From Acidobacteriota bacterium (GTDB lineage Bacteria > Acidobacteriota > Vicinamibacteria > Vicinamibacterales > JAKQTR01), in assembly GCA_037133015.1 (NCBI GenBank), contig JBAXOX010000005.1, positions 50,086 through 114,085 of the forward strand: DNA of 64,000 nt. Direction: 5' to 3'. The translations under genes and the position numbers were made by a program. How positions within the stretch are numbered: position 1 is the stretch's first letter; every line of letters starts with the position of its first letter. Positions 35,394 to 45,263 of this stretch are shown here, piece after piece. The notes beneath the pieces were generated by a model. It made no database searches. It was given only the letters and a program-made list of their open reading frames with translations, and was not told the DNA's origin.

Positions 35394-38300
35394 ATGAATG
35401 TCGCCGAACCGTTCATCCGTCGTCCCGTCGCCACCACACTGCTGGTGGCCACGATTCTGATCTTTGGCGTCATGGGCTACCGGCTGCTGCCGGTCAACGA
35501 CCTGCCGACGGTCGACTTTCCCACCATTCAGGTCAATGCGAACCTGCCTGGCGCCAGTCCTGAGACCATGGCGGCCTCGGTGGCCACGCCGCTCGAAAAG
35601 CAGTTCTCGACGATTGCCGGCGTCAGCTCGATCAGCTCCAGCAACTCGCAGGGCAGCACGAGCATCACACTGCAGTTCGATTTGAGCCGCTCGATCGACG
35701 CAGCCGCCCAGGACGTGCAATCCATGATTGCCCGGGCTCAGCGGCAGCTGCCGCCGGGCATGCCGTCGCCCCCGTCGTTCCAGAAGGTCAACCCGGCCGA
35801 TTCGCCCGTGTTGTTCCTGACGCTCAGTTCGTCCACGCTGCCGCTCTCGCAGCTCGATCGGTACGCGCAGAACCTGCTGGCGCAGCGCTTGTCGATGATC
35901 ACCGGCGTGGCGCAGGTCAACGTGTTCGGCTCGCAGAAATTCGCCGTGCGTGTCGACGTCGATCCGCACCAGCTGGCATCCCGGCAAATCGGCATCGACC
36001 AGGTGGCCCAGGCCATCGCGTCGGCCAACGTGAACCGGCCGACCGGGACGCTGTACGGCCCCGATCGCAACTACGTGATCCAGGCGTCGGGGCAACTGCT
36101 CAAGGCCAGCGGCTACGGCTCGATTGCGGTGGCGTACCGGAACGGGAGCCCGGTCCGGTTGAGCGAGGTGGCCAACGTCTACGACGGCGTCGAGAACGAA
36201 CGCAACGCCGGGTGGTACAACGGGGCCCGGACGATCTATCTGGCCATCCAGCGGCAGCCCGGCACCAACACCGTGGAAGTGGTGGATCGGATCAAGCTGC
36301 TGCTGCCGCAGCTCGAGCAGCAACTGCCGGCCTCGGTGCAGTTGCGCGTCCGGAGCGATCGGTCGGTGCCCATTCGGGAGTCGGTCGACGACGTCAAGTT
36401 CACGCTGCTGCTCACCGTGTGCCTCGTCGTGCTCGTGATCTTCCTGTTCCTGCGCAATGTGTCGGCGACCATCATCCCGAGCCTCGCGCTGCCGTTTTCC
36501 ATCGTCGGCACGTTCGCCGTGATGTACGTGCTCGATTACAGCCTCGACAACCTGTCGCTGATGGCGCTGACGCTGTCGGTGGGGTTCGTGGTCGACGATG
36601 CCATCGTGATGCTGGAGAACATCGTCCGTCACATGGAGATGGGCAAGCCGCGCCTGCAGGCCGCGCTCGACGGATCGAAGGAAATTGCCTTCACGATCAT
36701 CTCGATGACGCTCTCGCTGGCCGCGGTGTTCATTCCCGTGCTCTTCATGGGCGGCGTGGTGGGCCGGCTGATGCACGAGTTCGCGGTGACCATCGGTGCG
36801 GCGATTCTGGTGTCAGGGCTCGTGTCGCTCACGCTGACGCCGATGCTCTGCAGCCGGTTTCTCAAGGCGCCCCATGCCATTCGCCACGGACGCTTCTACA
36901 ACGCGATGGAGCGAATGTTCGATCTGTGGCTGCAGGGCTACTCCTGGTCGCTGCGACAGACCATCCGGTTCAAGGCGACGACGATGATGGTGTCGGGGCT
37001 GGTGCTCGCCGGCACGGTGTACCTGTTCACCATCATTCCGATGGGATTTATTCCGAGCGTGGACACCGGCCAGTTGAGCGGCCAGGTCGAGACCGCGCAG
37101 GGCCTGGGGTTCGACGCCACCGTCGGGCGCTTCAAGGACATCATGACCGTGCTCGCCAACGACCCGAACGTCGCCGGCTACACGGCGAACGTGTCGGGAT
37201 CTGGCGGCGGCCGGCTCAACGTGGATCTGAAGCCGCGGGAACAGCGGACGCTCGACGCCGACCGCGTGATCGAGGCCCTGCGCCCGAAGTTCGCCCGGAT
37301 CCCGGGCGTCAGGGTGTTTCTCACCAACCCGCCGGCGATTCGCATCGGCGGCATGGCGACGCGCAGCCAGTATCAGTACGCGCTGCAGGACCCCGATACC
37401 GACGAACTGTACCGGGCGGCGCCGAAGCTGGAAGCGGCGCTTCGTGCGATCGACGGGGTCGAGGACGTCACCTCCGACCTGCAGATCCGCAATCCGCAGA
37501 TCACCGTTGGCCTCGATCGCGATCGGATCACGGCACTCGGCTTGACGGTGGACCAGGTCGAACTGGCGCTGATGTCGGCGTATGGATCGCGGCAGGTGTC
37601 GCAGATCTTTGCCCCCGACGACCAGTACCAGGTGATCCTGCAGGTCGACCCGCGCTACCAGCGCGACCCGGCGGCGCTATCCATGCTGTACGTGCAGACC
37701 AGCGCGGGCAAACTCGTGCCACTGTCGACCATCGTCACCACGCGCCAGACCGTCGGGCCGCTGTCGGTCAACCACACCGGTCAATTGCCGTCGGTGACAC
37801 TGTCGTTCAACCTCAGGACCGGCGTCGCGCTGGGCGACGCGGTGGCACGGGTGCAGGCGGTGGCGCGCGACACCCTGCCGGCCACGGTGGTGGGCAGCTT
37901 CCAGGGCACGGCGCAGGCGTTCCAGGATTCGATGACCGGGCTCGGCTGGGTGTTGGCCCTCGCCATTTTCGTCATCTATGTCGTGCTGGGCGTGCTCTAT
38001 GAAAGCTTCATCCACCCCCTCACGATCCTCTCAGGGCTGCCGTCGGCGGGCTTCGGCGCATTGCTCACCCTGCTGCTGTTCGGTCACGATCTGAACATCT
38101 ACGCGTTTGTCGGCGTCATCATGCTGGTCGGACTGGTGAAGAAGAACGGCATCATCATGATCGACTTCGCCATCGAAGCGCGGCGCGCCGGGACGCTCAG
38201 CGCCTCGGAGGCGATCTACGAAGCATGCCGGGTGCGGTTCCGGCCGATCATGATGACGACGATGGCGGCGCTGATGGGGACGTTGCCCATCGCGCTCGGG

Positions 38301-38504
38301 TGGGGCGCCGGCTCAGAAGCGCGTCGGCCCTTGGGTCGGGCGGTGGTCGGAGGCCTGATCGTCTCGCAGACGCTGACGCTGTATGTGACGCCGATCTTCT
38401 ACATCTACATGGAGCGGTTCCAGGAGTGGATGGCGCGCCGCAAGCAGGCCAGCCCGATCGCGCCCGGCGCCGACACCCCGTTGATGAGCACCTCCAGCGA
38501 GTGA
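35394..38504 (+). CDS. RND efflux permease (AcrB/MdtB/C-like)
   Basis: 1036-aa ORF with FIRRPVATTLLVATILIFG, GFVVDDAIVMLENIVRH and GLVKKNGIIMIDFAIE. It starts 12 nt after the adaptor gene. Confidence 0.95.
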   Translation: MNVAEPFIRRPVATTLLVATILIFGVMGYRLLPVNDLPTVDFPTIQVNANLPGASPETMAASVATPLEKQFSTIAGVSSISSSNSQGSTSITLQFDLSRSIDAAAQDVQSMIARAQRQLPPGMPSPPSFQKVNPADSPVLFLTLSSSTLPLSQLDRYAQNLLAQRLSMITGVAQVNVFGSQKFAVRVDVDPHQLASRQIGIDQVAQAIASANVNRPTGTLYGPDRNYVIQASGQLLKASGYGSIAVAYRNGSPVRLSEVANVYDGVENERNAGWYNGARTIYLAIQRQPGTNTVEVVDRIKLLLPQLEQQLPASVQLRVRSDRSVPIRESVDDVKFTLLLTVCLVVLVIFLFLRNVSATIIPSLALPFSIVGTFAVMYVLDYSLDNLSLMALTLSVGFVVDDAIVMLENIVRHMEMGKPRLQAALDGSKEIAFTIISMTLSLAAVFIPVLFMGGVVGRLMHEFAVTIGAAILVSGLVSLTLTPMLCSRFLKAPHAIRHGRFYNAMERMFDLWLQGYSWSLRQTIRFKATTMMVSGLVLAGTVYLFTIIPMGFIPSVDTGQLSGQVETAQGLGFDATVGRFKDIMTVLANDPNVAGYTANVSGSGGGRLNVDLKPREQRTLDADRVIEALRPKFARIPGVRVFLTNPPAIRIGGMATRSQYQYALQDPDTDELYRAAPKLEAALRAIDGVEDVTSDLQIRNPQITVGLDRDRITALGLTVDQVELALMSAYGSRQVSQIFAPDDQYQVILQVDPRYQRDPAALSMLYVQTSAGKLVPLSTIVTTRQTVGPLSVNHTGQLPSVTLSFNLRTGVALGDAVARVQAVARDTLPATVVGSFQGTAQAFQDSMTGLGWVLALAIFVIYVVLGVLYESFIHPLTILSGLPSAGFGALLTLLLFGHDLNIYAFVGVIMLVGLVKKNGIIMIDFAIEARRAGTLSASEAIYEACRVRFRPIMMTTMAALMGTLPIALGWGAGSEARRPLGRAVVGGLIVSQTLTLYVTPIFYIYMERFQEWMARRKQASPIAPGADTPLMSTSSE

Positions 38505-38752
38505 CGATCGGTCGCGTCGCGCGTTCGCCGGCGCCGCGCTGACGTCGCAAGCGTTCCCCCTACTCCTGCCTCGCCTGCTTCGGCGGTGACGCCCCACGCG
38601 AGTCGTGTGGGCGGCTCCCGCCCGGCGCCATCCGGCGTTGTCGCGACATTTCATCCGCTCACACGATTTGCCGATTAATGATGCATCGGACCTCCGTGGG
38701 AGGGCCGATGGCACTCATTCAGGCCCATTCCTTGAGAACTCAGGAGCGCGAT

Positions 38753-41700
38753 ATGTCAGCCCCAGCTTGGTCCGGAAAGTCTTTGACGTCTCTGATCGCG
38801 GCCAGCCTGTTTCTGTCGCTGACCGTGTCGCTCGGTTCGTCGACATCCACGGGACAGCCCGGGGCCTCGGCGCCGGCGCTGTTCAAGGCTGCCGTGGCGT
38901 CGGCCGCGGACGGCAGGCCCGGGGCGGCTTCGTCCGGCGCGACGGGTTCGTCGGCCACGACGGACGCAACCCGCCGCCGGGACGACACGACGGTGATGCG
39001 TTCGCGACGTGTCACCATCAACGCCGGGGCCCTGCGCCCGGCCACCTCGGCCGACCAGCGACTCGGGGCGCCGGAGTTCCTGACGCTCAACCTGTTCGAC
39101 GACGTTTCGTACAGAGCCGTGTTCGACCATGCCGACTCCGGCGGCGGCGGGACCGCGTGGGTGGGTCGCATCGAAGGCCAGCCACTCAGCACGGCGACGT
39201 TGACGCTGGTGGACGGCGTGCTGGCCGGAAGCATCGTGATGCCGGGCGCGGTCTATGCCATCCGGTACGCCGGTGCCGGCCTGCACGAGGTCGCCCAGAT
39301 CGACCAGACCAAGTTCCTTCCGGAGTTGCAGCCGATTCCCGCGCCGGACGTGCCCAACGCGGCGGGCCGCGTCGCCGTGGAGGCGGATGCCGCCGTGATG
39401 GCAGATGCCGGGGCGACCATCGACGTGCTCGTGCTCTACACGCCGGCAGCCGAGGCCGCGGCGGGAGGGGCCAGTGCCATGGCGGCCCGCGTCAACCTCG
39501 GCATCAGCGAGACCAACACGTCGTACGCCAACAGCGCCGTCACCCAGCGGCTCCGCCTGGTGCGCAGCCAGCAGGTGGCGTACACCGAGAACAACGACCT
39601 CGCGCTGGATTTGACGGCCGTCACGACCGCCGATGCGTCGAGCGCGCTTGGCAGCACCGCCGCGTCACTGCGCGAGGCGTACGGCGCCGACATGACCGTG
39701 CTCATCACGTCCCCCGCCAATCCGAATGCGTGCGGCGTGGCGTGGCTCATGACATCGGTGTCGTCGGCGTTCGCCCCCTACGCCTTCAGCGTGGTCGAGC
39801 AATCCTGCGTCAGCCCCAACGTGACGTTTGCGCACGAACTGGGCCACAACATGGGAGCGCGGCACGACTGGTACATGGACAACGGCAAGACGCCATCATC
39901 GTACGCCCACGGGTACGTCGACACGACCAACCGGTTCCGCACCGTGATGGCCTACAGCGATGCGTGCACGGCACAAAGCGTCGAGTGCACGCGGCTTCTG
40001 TACTGGTCGAATCCGGCCGTCGTGTCCCCCGCCGGTCAGGGCAGCGCGGCGATGGGCGTGGCCGGCGGGACCAAGTCGAACTGTCCGACGCGCGACGCCA
40101 CCAACATGGCGTGTGATGCCGACGACCATCGGACACTGAACGACACGGCCGCCGTCGTCGCGAACTTCCACGCGACGTCGTCAGCCGCCCTTCCGGCCGT
40201 CACCGCCGATCCGTCGAACCAGACTGTGGTTGCGGGAGGCACGGCCACGTTTACCGCCGCCGCCACGGGAAGTCCGACGCCGACGGTGCAGTGGCAGGTG
40301 AGCACCGACAGCGGAACGACGTGGACCGCGGTCAGCGGTGCGACGACCACGACGTACGCCTTCACCGCGATCGCGGCCGATCACCTGAAGCAGTTCCGGG
40401 CCGTGTTCGCCAATAGTCATGGAACCGCGACCAGCAACGGCGCGACGCTGACGGTGCAAGGCGCGCCGGTGGTCACCGTGAATCCGGCGTCTCAGGCCGT
40501 CGCGACTGGCGCGACCGTGTCGTTCGGCGCCGCGGCCAGCGGCACACCTGCGCCGACGGTGCAGTGGCAATCCAGCGTGGACGGCGGCGTCGTGTGGACC
40601 AGCCTCGCTGGTGCGACGGCGACCACGTACGGCTTTGTCGCAGCCGCGGCCGACCACCTCAGGCAGTTTCGCGCCGTGTTTACCAACAGCCAGGGAACCG
40701 TCTCGACCAGCGCGGCGACGTTGACGCTGCTGCGAGCGCCGCTGGTCACCATTCAGCCATCGAACCGCACCGCGACGGCGGGCAGCGCGGCGTCCTTTAC
40801 CGCGCTCGGCAACGGCGTGCCGGCCCCGACGGTGCAGTGGCAGGTCAGCACCAGCAATGGCGCGTCGTGGGCGAATATTGCCGGAGCGACCTTTGCGACC
40901 TATCGCCTCGCGACCACCGCGACCACCGACAGCCTGAAGCAGTTCCGGGCGGTGTTTACCAACGGTGTTGGAACAGCCACGTCTCGCGCGGTGATGCTGA
41001 CCGTGCAGGCGGCCCCCGCGTCGTATCTTCGAAGCGCGCAATTGCCAGAAGGCGGCCGCATCCGTGCCCTGGCCGTCGATCCGGACCAGCCGCAGATTCT
41101 CTACGCGGCGACCTGGGCGGGCGGGGTGTTCAGAAGCGCGGACGCCGGACTCAACTGGACGCCGGTGTTGCAACACAAGGGCAAGTTCGACGTCGAAGCC
41201 CTGGCCATCGATCCGCAGAACTCCAGCGTCGTCTATGTCGGCACGACGGCGGGGCTTTACAAGAGTACCGACCGCGGAACCAACTGGTCTTTGTACGCAA
41301 CCGGTTTGAACATTCTCGCTCTGGCCGTGGACGCGCAGAACTCCCAGATCCTCTATGCGGGCACCAACGGGGACGGCGCGTACAAGAGCACCGACGGCGG
41401 CGTCACCTGGATGCCTCTCGGTTCGGGCCAGATTCCCACGTTCGTGCCGGCCGTTGCCGTCAACCCGCGCAGCCCGGGTACGGTGTTGTTGGGTACCGAC
41501 AGCGGCCTGTTCGCGAGCGCGAATGCCGGCTTGAGTTTCAGCAAGACCGAGGGTTTGGTCCGGGCATTTGCGTTCGACCCGCAGGATCAGTCGGTGATCT
41601 ACGCGGTCGGAAGCGGCGTCTACAGGAGCGCCGACAACGGCGGCAGCTGGACGCACGTCGCCGCCGAGATTGCTGACGGCCTCTACGGTCTGGCCATCGT

Positions 41701-44700
41701 CGTCGATCCCGCCACCCCGACCACTGTGTACTTGGGCGGCTACACGGGGCTGTTCAGGAGCAGCAACAGCGGGGCAACGTGGAGCCGTGTCGACGTGTCG
41801 CAGTCGTGGACGATTCGCGCGCTGGCCGTGGCGTCAACCACTCCGGCCGCGATCTACGCGGGAACCAACGGGGGCGGCGTTCTCAAGAGTACCGATGGCG
41901 CGGCGACGTGGACACCCGCCAATGGCGGCATGGCGGCGAGCGGGATCGTCAGCGTCATCGTGGATCCGAGAGATCCGCGGACGGTTCTGGCTGCGTCCGG
42001 GTCGTCGTTGTTCTGCGGGGCGGAGTTGTGGGGAGCCGGCGGCGGCGGCGTGTTCAGGAGTACCGACGGCGGGATCAATTGGAGCCGCACGGTCTCGGGG
42101 CTGGCCAAGACCGGTGTGAGCGTGCTGGCCGCAGACCCGTCGGCGCCAGACGTGATTTACGCGGGAATCAACGACGTCGGCCAGGCCGGCGTGTTCAAGA
42201 GCGCTGATGGTGGTCTCAGTTGGAGCGCGGTGACCTCGGGCCTTCCGCACTATGGCGTCGTGGCGTTGGCGGTGGATCCGAGCGCGCCGAGCACCGTCTA
42301 CGCAGGCACCTACGGCGGCGGCGCGTTCAAGACGGTTGACGGCGGCGCGAACTGGACCGCGGCGAACTCCGGGCTGACCAATCTGTCGGTGTTCGCGCTT
42401 GCCATCGACCCGGTGATCACGACGACGATCTACGCCGGAACCGAAGGCAACGGCGTGTTCAAGAGCGTCGATGGCGGCGGGACCTGGACCGCGACCGGTA
42501 CGGGCCCGGGCACCATCCTGAGCGTGGCTATCGATCCACGAGCTCACGGCGTGGTCTTTGCCGCCGGCTGGGTCGGGGGCGTCTTCAAGTCCCTCGACGG
42601 TGGAACGACGTGGACCGCGGCGAGTGGTGGGCCGCAGTCGGCGACAGGCGTCGCTGTGGACCCGGCCGATTCGTCCGTGGTGTACGCGACGTCGTACGAC
42701 GACGGGCTGTTCAGGAGCGGCGACGGCGGCGCCACGTGGACCGGCGTGCAGACAGACCATGCGCCGATGACGGCCACGTCGATCGGCCTGCCGGCGTCGG
42801 GATCCGGCTGGCTGTACGTGGGCACGGAAAACGCCGGCGTGTTCGCCACGGCCGGAAGCGGGGCGCAGTCGCCGGCCTTCATCACGTATCCGACGAGCCA
42901 AACGGTGGCGACCGGGACGACGGTCATCCTGACGGCAGCGGCGATGGGCACACCCACGGCGACAGTGCAGTGGCAGGGCCGGGCCGGCGCCAGTGGCACG
43001 TGGAGCAACCTGACGGCCTCTTCGCGGTACAGCGGTGTGGCGACCGGAACGCTGACCGTGTCGAGCCCACCGGCGACGCTGACCGGCTGGCAGTTCCGCT
43101 GCGTCGCGACCAACTCCGCCGGAAGCCTGGCGTCACGCGCGGCAACGCTGACCGTCTCGAGGGCCACGCCAACGGTGACGTGGGCCAATCCGGCGTCGGT
43201 CGTCTTTGGCACCGCTCTGTCGGCGACACAGTTGAATGCGACGGCCAGCGTGCCGGGCGCGTTTGCGTACGCGCCGGCTGCGGGGACGATCCTGAATCCA
43301 GGGGTGGGACACACGCTGTCGGTCACGTTTACGCCGACCGACACGGCCAACTACACGACGGCCACGGCGACAGCGGCGTTGAGTGTCACCGCGTTTGTGG
43401 GACCCGACGGCGGTGGCCCGGCAACCGGATCGGTCAGTGGAACGACCCTGACGTATAGCGGCGCGACGTATGCCATCGTGAACGGCAAAGTGACGTTCCC
43501 GGATTGTTCGATGTATATCGTGCTCGGCAGCGGGATGCTCATCAATGCCGGCTCGGCGCCGGGGTGCACGCAGGTTGTCGGGTCGACCAGCTCCAGTTCG
43601 GGGTCGAGCAGCGGGTCGAGTTCGGGCAGCACGTCGAGTTCCGGGTCAAGCAGCAGTGGCGGAAGCACGTCGAGTTCAGGGTCGAGCAGCAGCGGCGGAA
43701 GCACGTCGAGTAGTGGGAGCAGCAGCGGCTCCAGTTCGGGAAGCAGCTCCAGTTCGAGTTCGAGTTCCGGCAGTGGAATCGTCGCGTTTAGCGGCCCGGG
43801 CAGTGGCGGTCCCTCGACCGGGTCGGTGAGCGGCGGCACGCTCACCTACAACGGCGCGACGTATGCGATCGTCGACGGCAAGGTGACGTTCCCGGATTGC
43901 TCGATGTATATCGCGCTGGGCAACGGGATGCTGCTGAACGCGGGACCGGCGCCAGGGTGTACGCCGGCCGGGTCGGGCAGTTCCAGCTCGGGGTCGAGCA
44001 GCGGGTCGAGTTCGGGCAGCACGTCGAGTTCAGGGTCGAGCAGCGGCGGCGGAAGCACGTCGAGCAGCGGGAGCAGCGGCAGCTCCAGTTCGAGTTCAAG
44101 CTCCGGCACCGGAAGCGTGGCGTTTAGCGGCCCGGGGACGGGCGGTCCATCGACCGGGTCGGTGAGCGGCGGTAGGCTCACCTACAACGGCGCGACGTAC
44201 GCGATCGTCGACGGCAAGGTGACGTTCCCGGATTGCTCGATGTATATCGCGCTGGGCAACGGGATGCTGCTGAATGCGGGACCGGCGCCAGGGTGTACGC
44301 CGGCCGGGTCGGGCAGTTCCAGTTCGGGATCGAGCAGCAGCGGCGGAAGCACGTCGAGCAGCGGGAGCAGCAGCGGCTCGAGTTCCGGAAGCAGTTCCAG
44401 TTCGGGAAGCAGTTCCAGTTCGGGATCGAGCAGCGGGTCGAGTTCAAGCTCCGGCAGCGGAGGCGTGGCGTTTAGCGGCCCGGGGACGGGCGGTCCCTCG
44501 ACCGGGTCGGTGAGCGGCGGCACGCTCACCTACAACGGCGCGACGTATGCGATCGTCGACGGCAAGGTGACGTTCCCGGATTGCTCGATGTATATCGCGC
44601 TGGGCAACGGGATGCTGCTGAACGCGGGACCGGCGCCAGGGTGCACGCCGGCCGGGTCGGGCAGTTCCAGTTCGGGGTCGAGCAGCGGGTCGAGTTCGGG

Positions 44701-44986
44701 CAGCACGTCGAGTAGCGGGAGCAGCAGCGGCTCGAGTTCCGGAAGCAGTTCGGGTGCCGGCAGCGGAGGTGGGAGCGGATTCGCCGGACCAGGCACCGGC
44801 GGACCGGCAACCGGCGCCGTCAGCGGCACCACGCTCACCTACAACGGGACGGCGTATCCGATCGTCAACGGGAAGGTGACGTTCCCCGACTGCACGACCT
44901 ACATCGCGCTCAATAGCGGCTTCCTGATCCCGGCTGGCGTCGCGTCAGGTTGCACGCCGTCAGACCCGCTCGGCGTGACGCGGTAA
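38753..44986 (+). CDS. Giant secreted multidomain metzincin (reprolysin/M12B-like protease + Ig-like repeats + BNR/Ycf48-like propellers + MBG-like domain + 5 Cys-pair modules)
   Basis: From ORF 38678..44986. The preferred start is ATG 38753 (AGGAG at 38742..38746), with a signal-like MSAPAWSGKSLTSLIAASLFLSLTVSLG. The zinc motif HELGHNMGARHD is at 39833..39868. Three tandem ~91-aa Ig-like repeats (...TVQWQ...KQFRAVF...) are followed by about 13 blades of type GGVFKS.DGG..W (about 41020..42850). Then come a fourth Ig-like repeat and an MBG-like segment (TPTVTWANPASVVFGTALSATQLNATASVPGAFAY). The C-terminus has five repeated modules separated by Ser/Gly linkers. Confidence 0.9.
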   Translation: MSAPAWSGKSLTSLIAASLFLSLTVSLGSSTSTGQPGASAPALFKAAVASAADGRPGAASSGATGSSATTDATRRRDDTTVMRSRRVTINAGALRPATSADQRLGAPEFLTLNLFDDVSYRAVFDHADSGGGGTAWVGRIEGQPLSTATLTLVDGVLAGSIVMPGAVYAIRYAGAGLHEVAQIDQTKFLPELQPIPAPDVPNAAGRVAVEADAAVMADAGATIDVLVLYTPAAEAAAGGASAMAARVNLGISETNTSYANSAVTQRLRLVRSQQVAYTENNDLALDLTAVTTADASSALGSTAASLREAYGADMTVLITSPANPNACGVAWLMTSVSSAFAPYAFSVVEQSCVSPNVTFAHELGHNMGARHDWYMDNGKTPSSYAHGYVDTTNRFRTVMAYSDACTAQSVECTRLLYWSNPAVVSPAGQGSAAMGVAGGTKSNCPTRDATNMACDADDHRTLNDTAAVVANFHATSSAALPAVTADPSNQTVVAGGTATFTAAATGSPTPTVQWQVSTDSGTTWTAVSGATTTTYAFTAIAADHLKQFRAVFANSHGTATSNGATLTVQGAPVVTVNPASQAVATGATVSFGAAASGTPAPTVQWQSSVDGGVVWTSLAGATATTYGFVAAAADHLRQFRAVFTNSQGTVSTSAATLTLLRAPLVTIQPSNRTATAGSAASFTALGNGVPAPTVQWQVSTSNGASWANIAGATFATYRLATTATTDSLKQFRAVFTNGVGTATSRAVMLTVQAAPASYLRSAQLPEGGRIRALAVDPDQPQILYAATWAGGVFRSADAGLNWTPVLQHKGKFDVEALAIDPQNSSVVYVGTTAGLYKSTDRGTNWSLYATGLNILALAVDAQNSQILYAGTNGDGAYKSTDGGVTWMPLGSGQIPTFVPAVAVNPRSPGTVLLGTDSGLFASANAGLSFSKTEGLVRAFAFDPQDQSVIYAVGSGVYRSADNGGSWTHVAAEIADGLYGLAIVVDPATPTTVYLGGYTGLFRSSNSGATWSRVDVSQSWTIRALAVASTTPAAIYAGTNGGGVLKSTDGAATWTPANGGMAASGIVSVIVDPRDPRTVLAASGSSLFCGAELWGAGGGGVFRSTDGGINWSRTVSGLAKTGVSVLAADPSAPDVIYAGINDVGQAGVFKSADGGLSWSAVTSGLPHYGVVALAVDPSAPSTVYAGTYGGGAFKTVDGGANWTAANSGLTNLSVFALAIDPVITTTIYAGTEGNGVFKSVDGGGTWTATGTGPGTILSVAIDPRAHGVVFAAGWVGGVFKSLDGGTTWTAASGGPQSATGVAVDPADSSVVYATSYDDGLFRSGDGGATWTGVQTDHAPMTATSIGLPASGSGWLYVGTENAGVFATAGSGAQSPAFITYPTSQTVATGTTVILTAAAMGTPTATVQWQGRAGASGTWSNLTASSRYSGVATGTLTVSSPPATLTGWQFRCVATNSAGSLASRAATLTVSRATPTVTWANPASVVFGTALSATQLNATASVPGAFAYAPAAGTILNPGVGHTLSVTFTPTDTANYTTATATAALSVTAFVGPDGGGPATGSVSGTTLTYSGATYAIVNGKVTFPDCSMYIVLGSGMLINAGSAPGCTQVVGSTSSSSGSSSGSSSGSTSSSGSSSSGGSTSSSGSSSSGGSTSSSGSSSGSSSGSSSSSSSSSGSGIVAFSGPGSGGPSTGSVSGGTLTYNGATYAIVDGKVTFPDCSMYIALGNGMLLNAGPAPGCTPAGSGSSSSGSSSGSSSGSTSSSGSSSGGGSTSSSGSSGSSSSSSSSGTGSVAFSGPGTGGPSTGSVSGGRLTYNGATYAIVDGKVTFPDCSMYIALGNGMLLNAGPAPGCTPAGSGSSSSGSSSSGGSTSSSGSSSGSSSGSSSSSGSSSSSGSSSGSSSSSGSGGVAFSGPGTGGPSTGSVSGGTLTYNGATYAIVDGKVTFPDCSMYIALGNGMLLNAGPAPGCTPAGSGSSSSGSSSGSSSGSTSSSGSSSGSSSGSSSGAGSGGGSGFAGPGTGGPATGAVSGTTLTYNGTAYPIVNGKVTFPDCTTYIALNSGFLIPAGVASGCTPSDPLGVTR
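40192..41010 (+). repeat. Three tandem ~273-nt coding repeats (Ig-like domains) inside the giant gene
   Basis: The repeated protein pattern is P.VT..PS.QT...G..A.F.A...G.P.PTVQWQ.S...G..W....GAT..TY.F......D.LKQFRAVF.N..GT.TS....LTV, seen three times consecutively. Confidence 0.85.
43391..44983 (+). repeat. Five tandem coding repeats (periods about 390/336/348/313 nt): a ~58-aa Cys-pair module plus a poly-Ser/Gly linker
   Basis: Modules start near 43391, 43781, 44117, 44465 and 44778. The three central copies are nearly identical at DNA level, e.g. ctcacctacaacggcgcgacgta(t/c)gcgatcgtcgacggcaaggtgacgttcccggattgctcgatgtatatcgcgctgggcaacgggatgctgctgaa. Confidence 0.9.
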
Positions 44987-45263
44987 GTGCCGATGTGTGG
45001 CGGGCGCCGCCGGGTGAGATGAGATCGAGACGCCCGTCACGTCTTTGCCGCGGGACACGGAAATGGTCGCGCGGCCCGACTGAAACGCTGCCCATACCCG
45101 CGCCCGGGTGTGTTTCCGTGGCCGGGTCACCACCCCGGGGTGGAGTTCGCGGGGGCACGGCCACCGTTGCGTGGCCGCCATTGCTGGAGTCTGCGTGACG
45201 GCGCACCGTTCGAGACCGTCTTGTTCCCCCAGGACACGAATATCGCGGGTTTCGACGCAGACG

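Noticed and set aside
43351-44838. A series of 85-165-aa minus-strand ORFs, and plus-strand off-frame ORFs, across the Ser/Gly repeat region. They might suggest overlapping genes.
   Set aside because: They are periodic by-products of the tandem repeat (poly-Leu/Pro/Glu or Arg-rich translations) and break exactly at repeat boundaries. The sense frame is continuous for 2102 codons with clear domains.
43391-44983. A regularly spaced direct-repeat array that could be mistaken for a CRISPR locus.
   Set aside because: The repeat period is 313-390 nt. The 'spacers' are low-complexity Ser/Gly-coding DNA, the whole array is in frame within a protein gene, and no cas genes are present.
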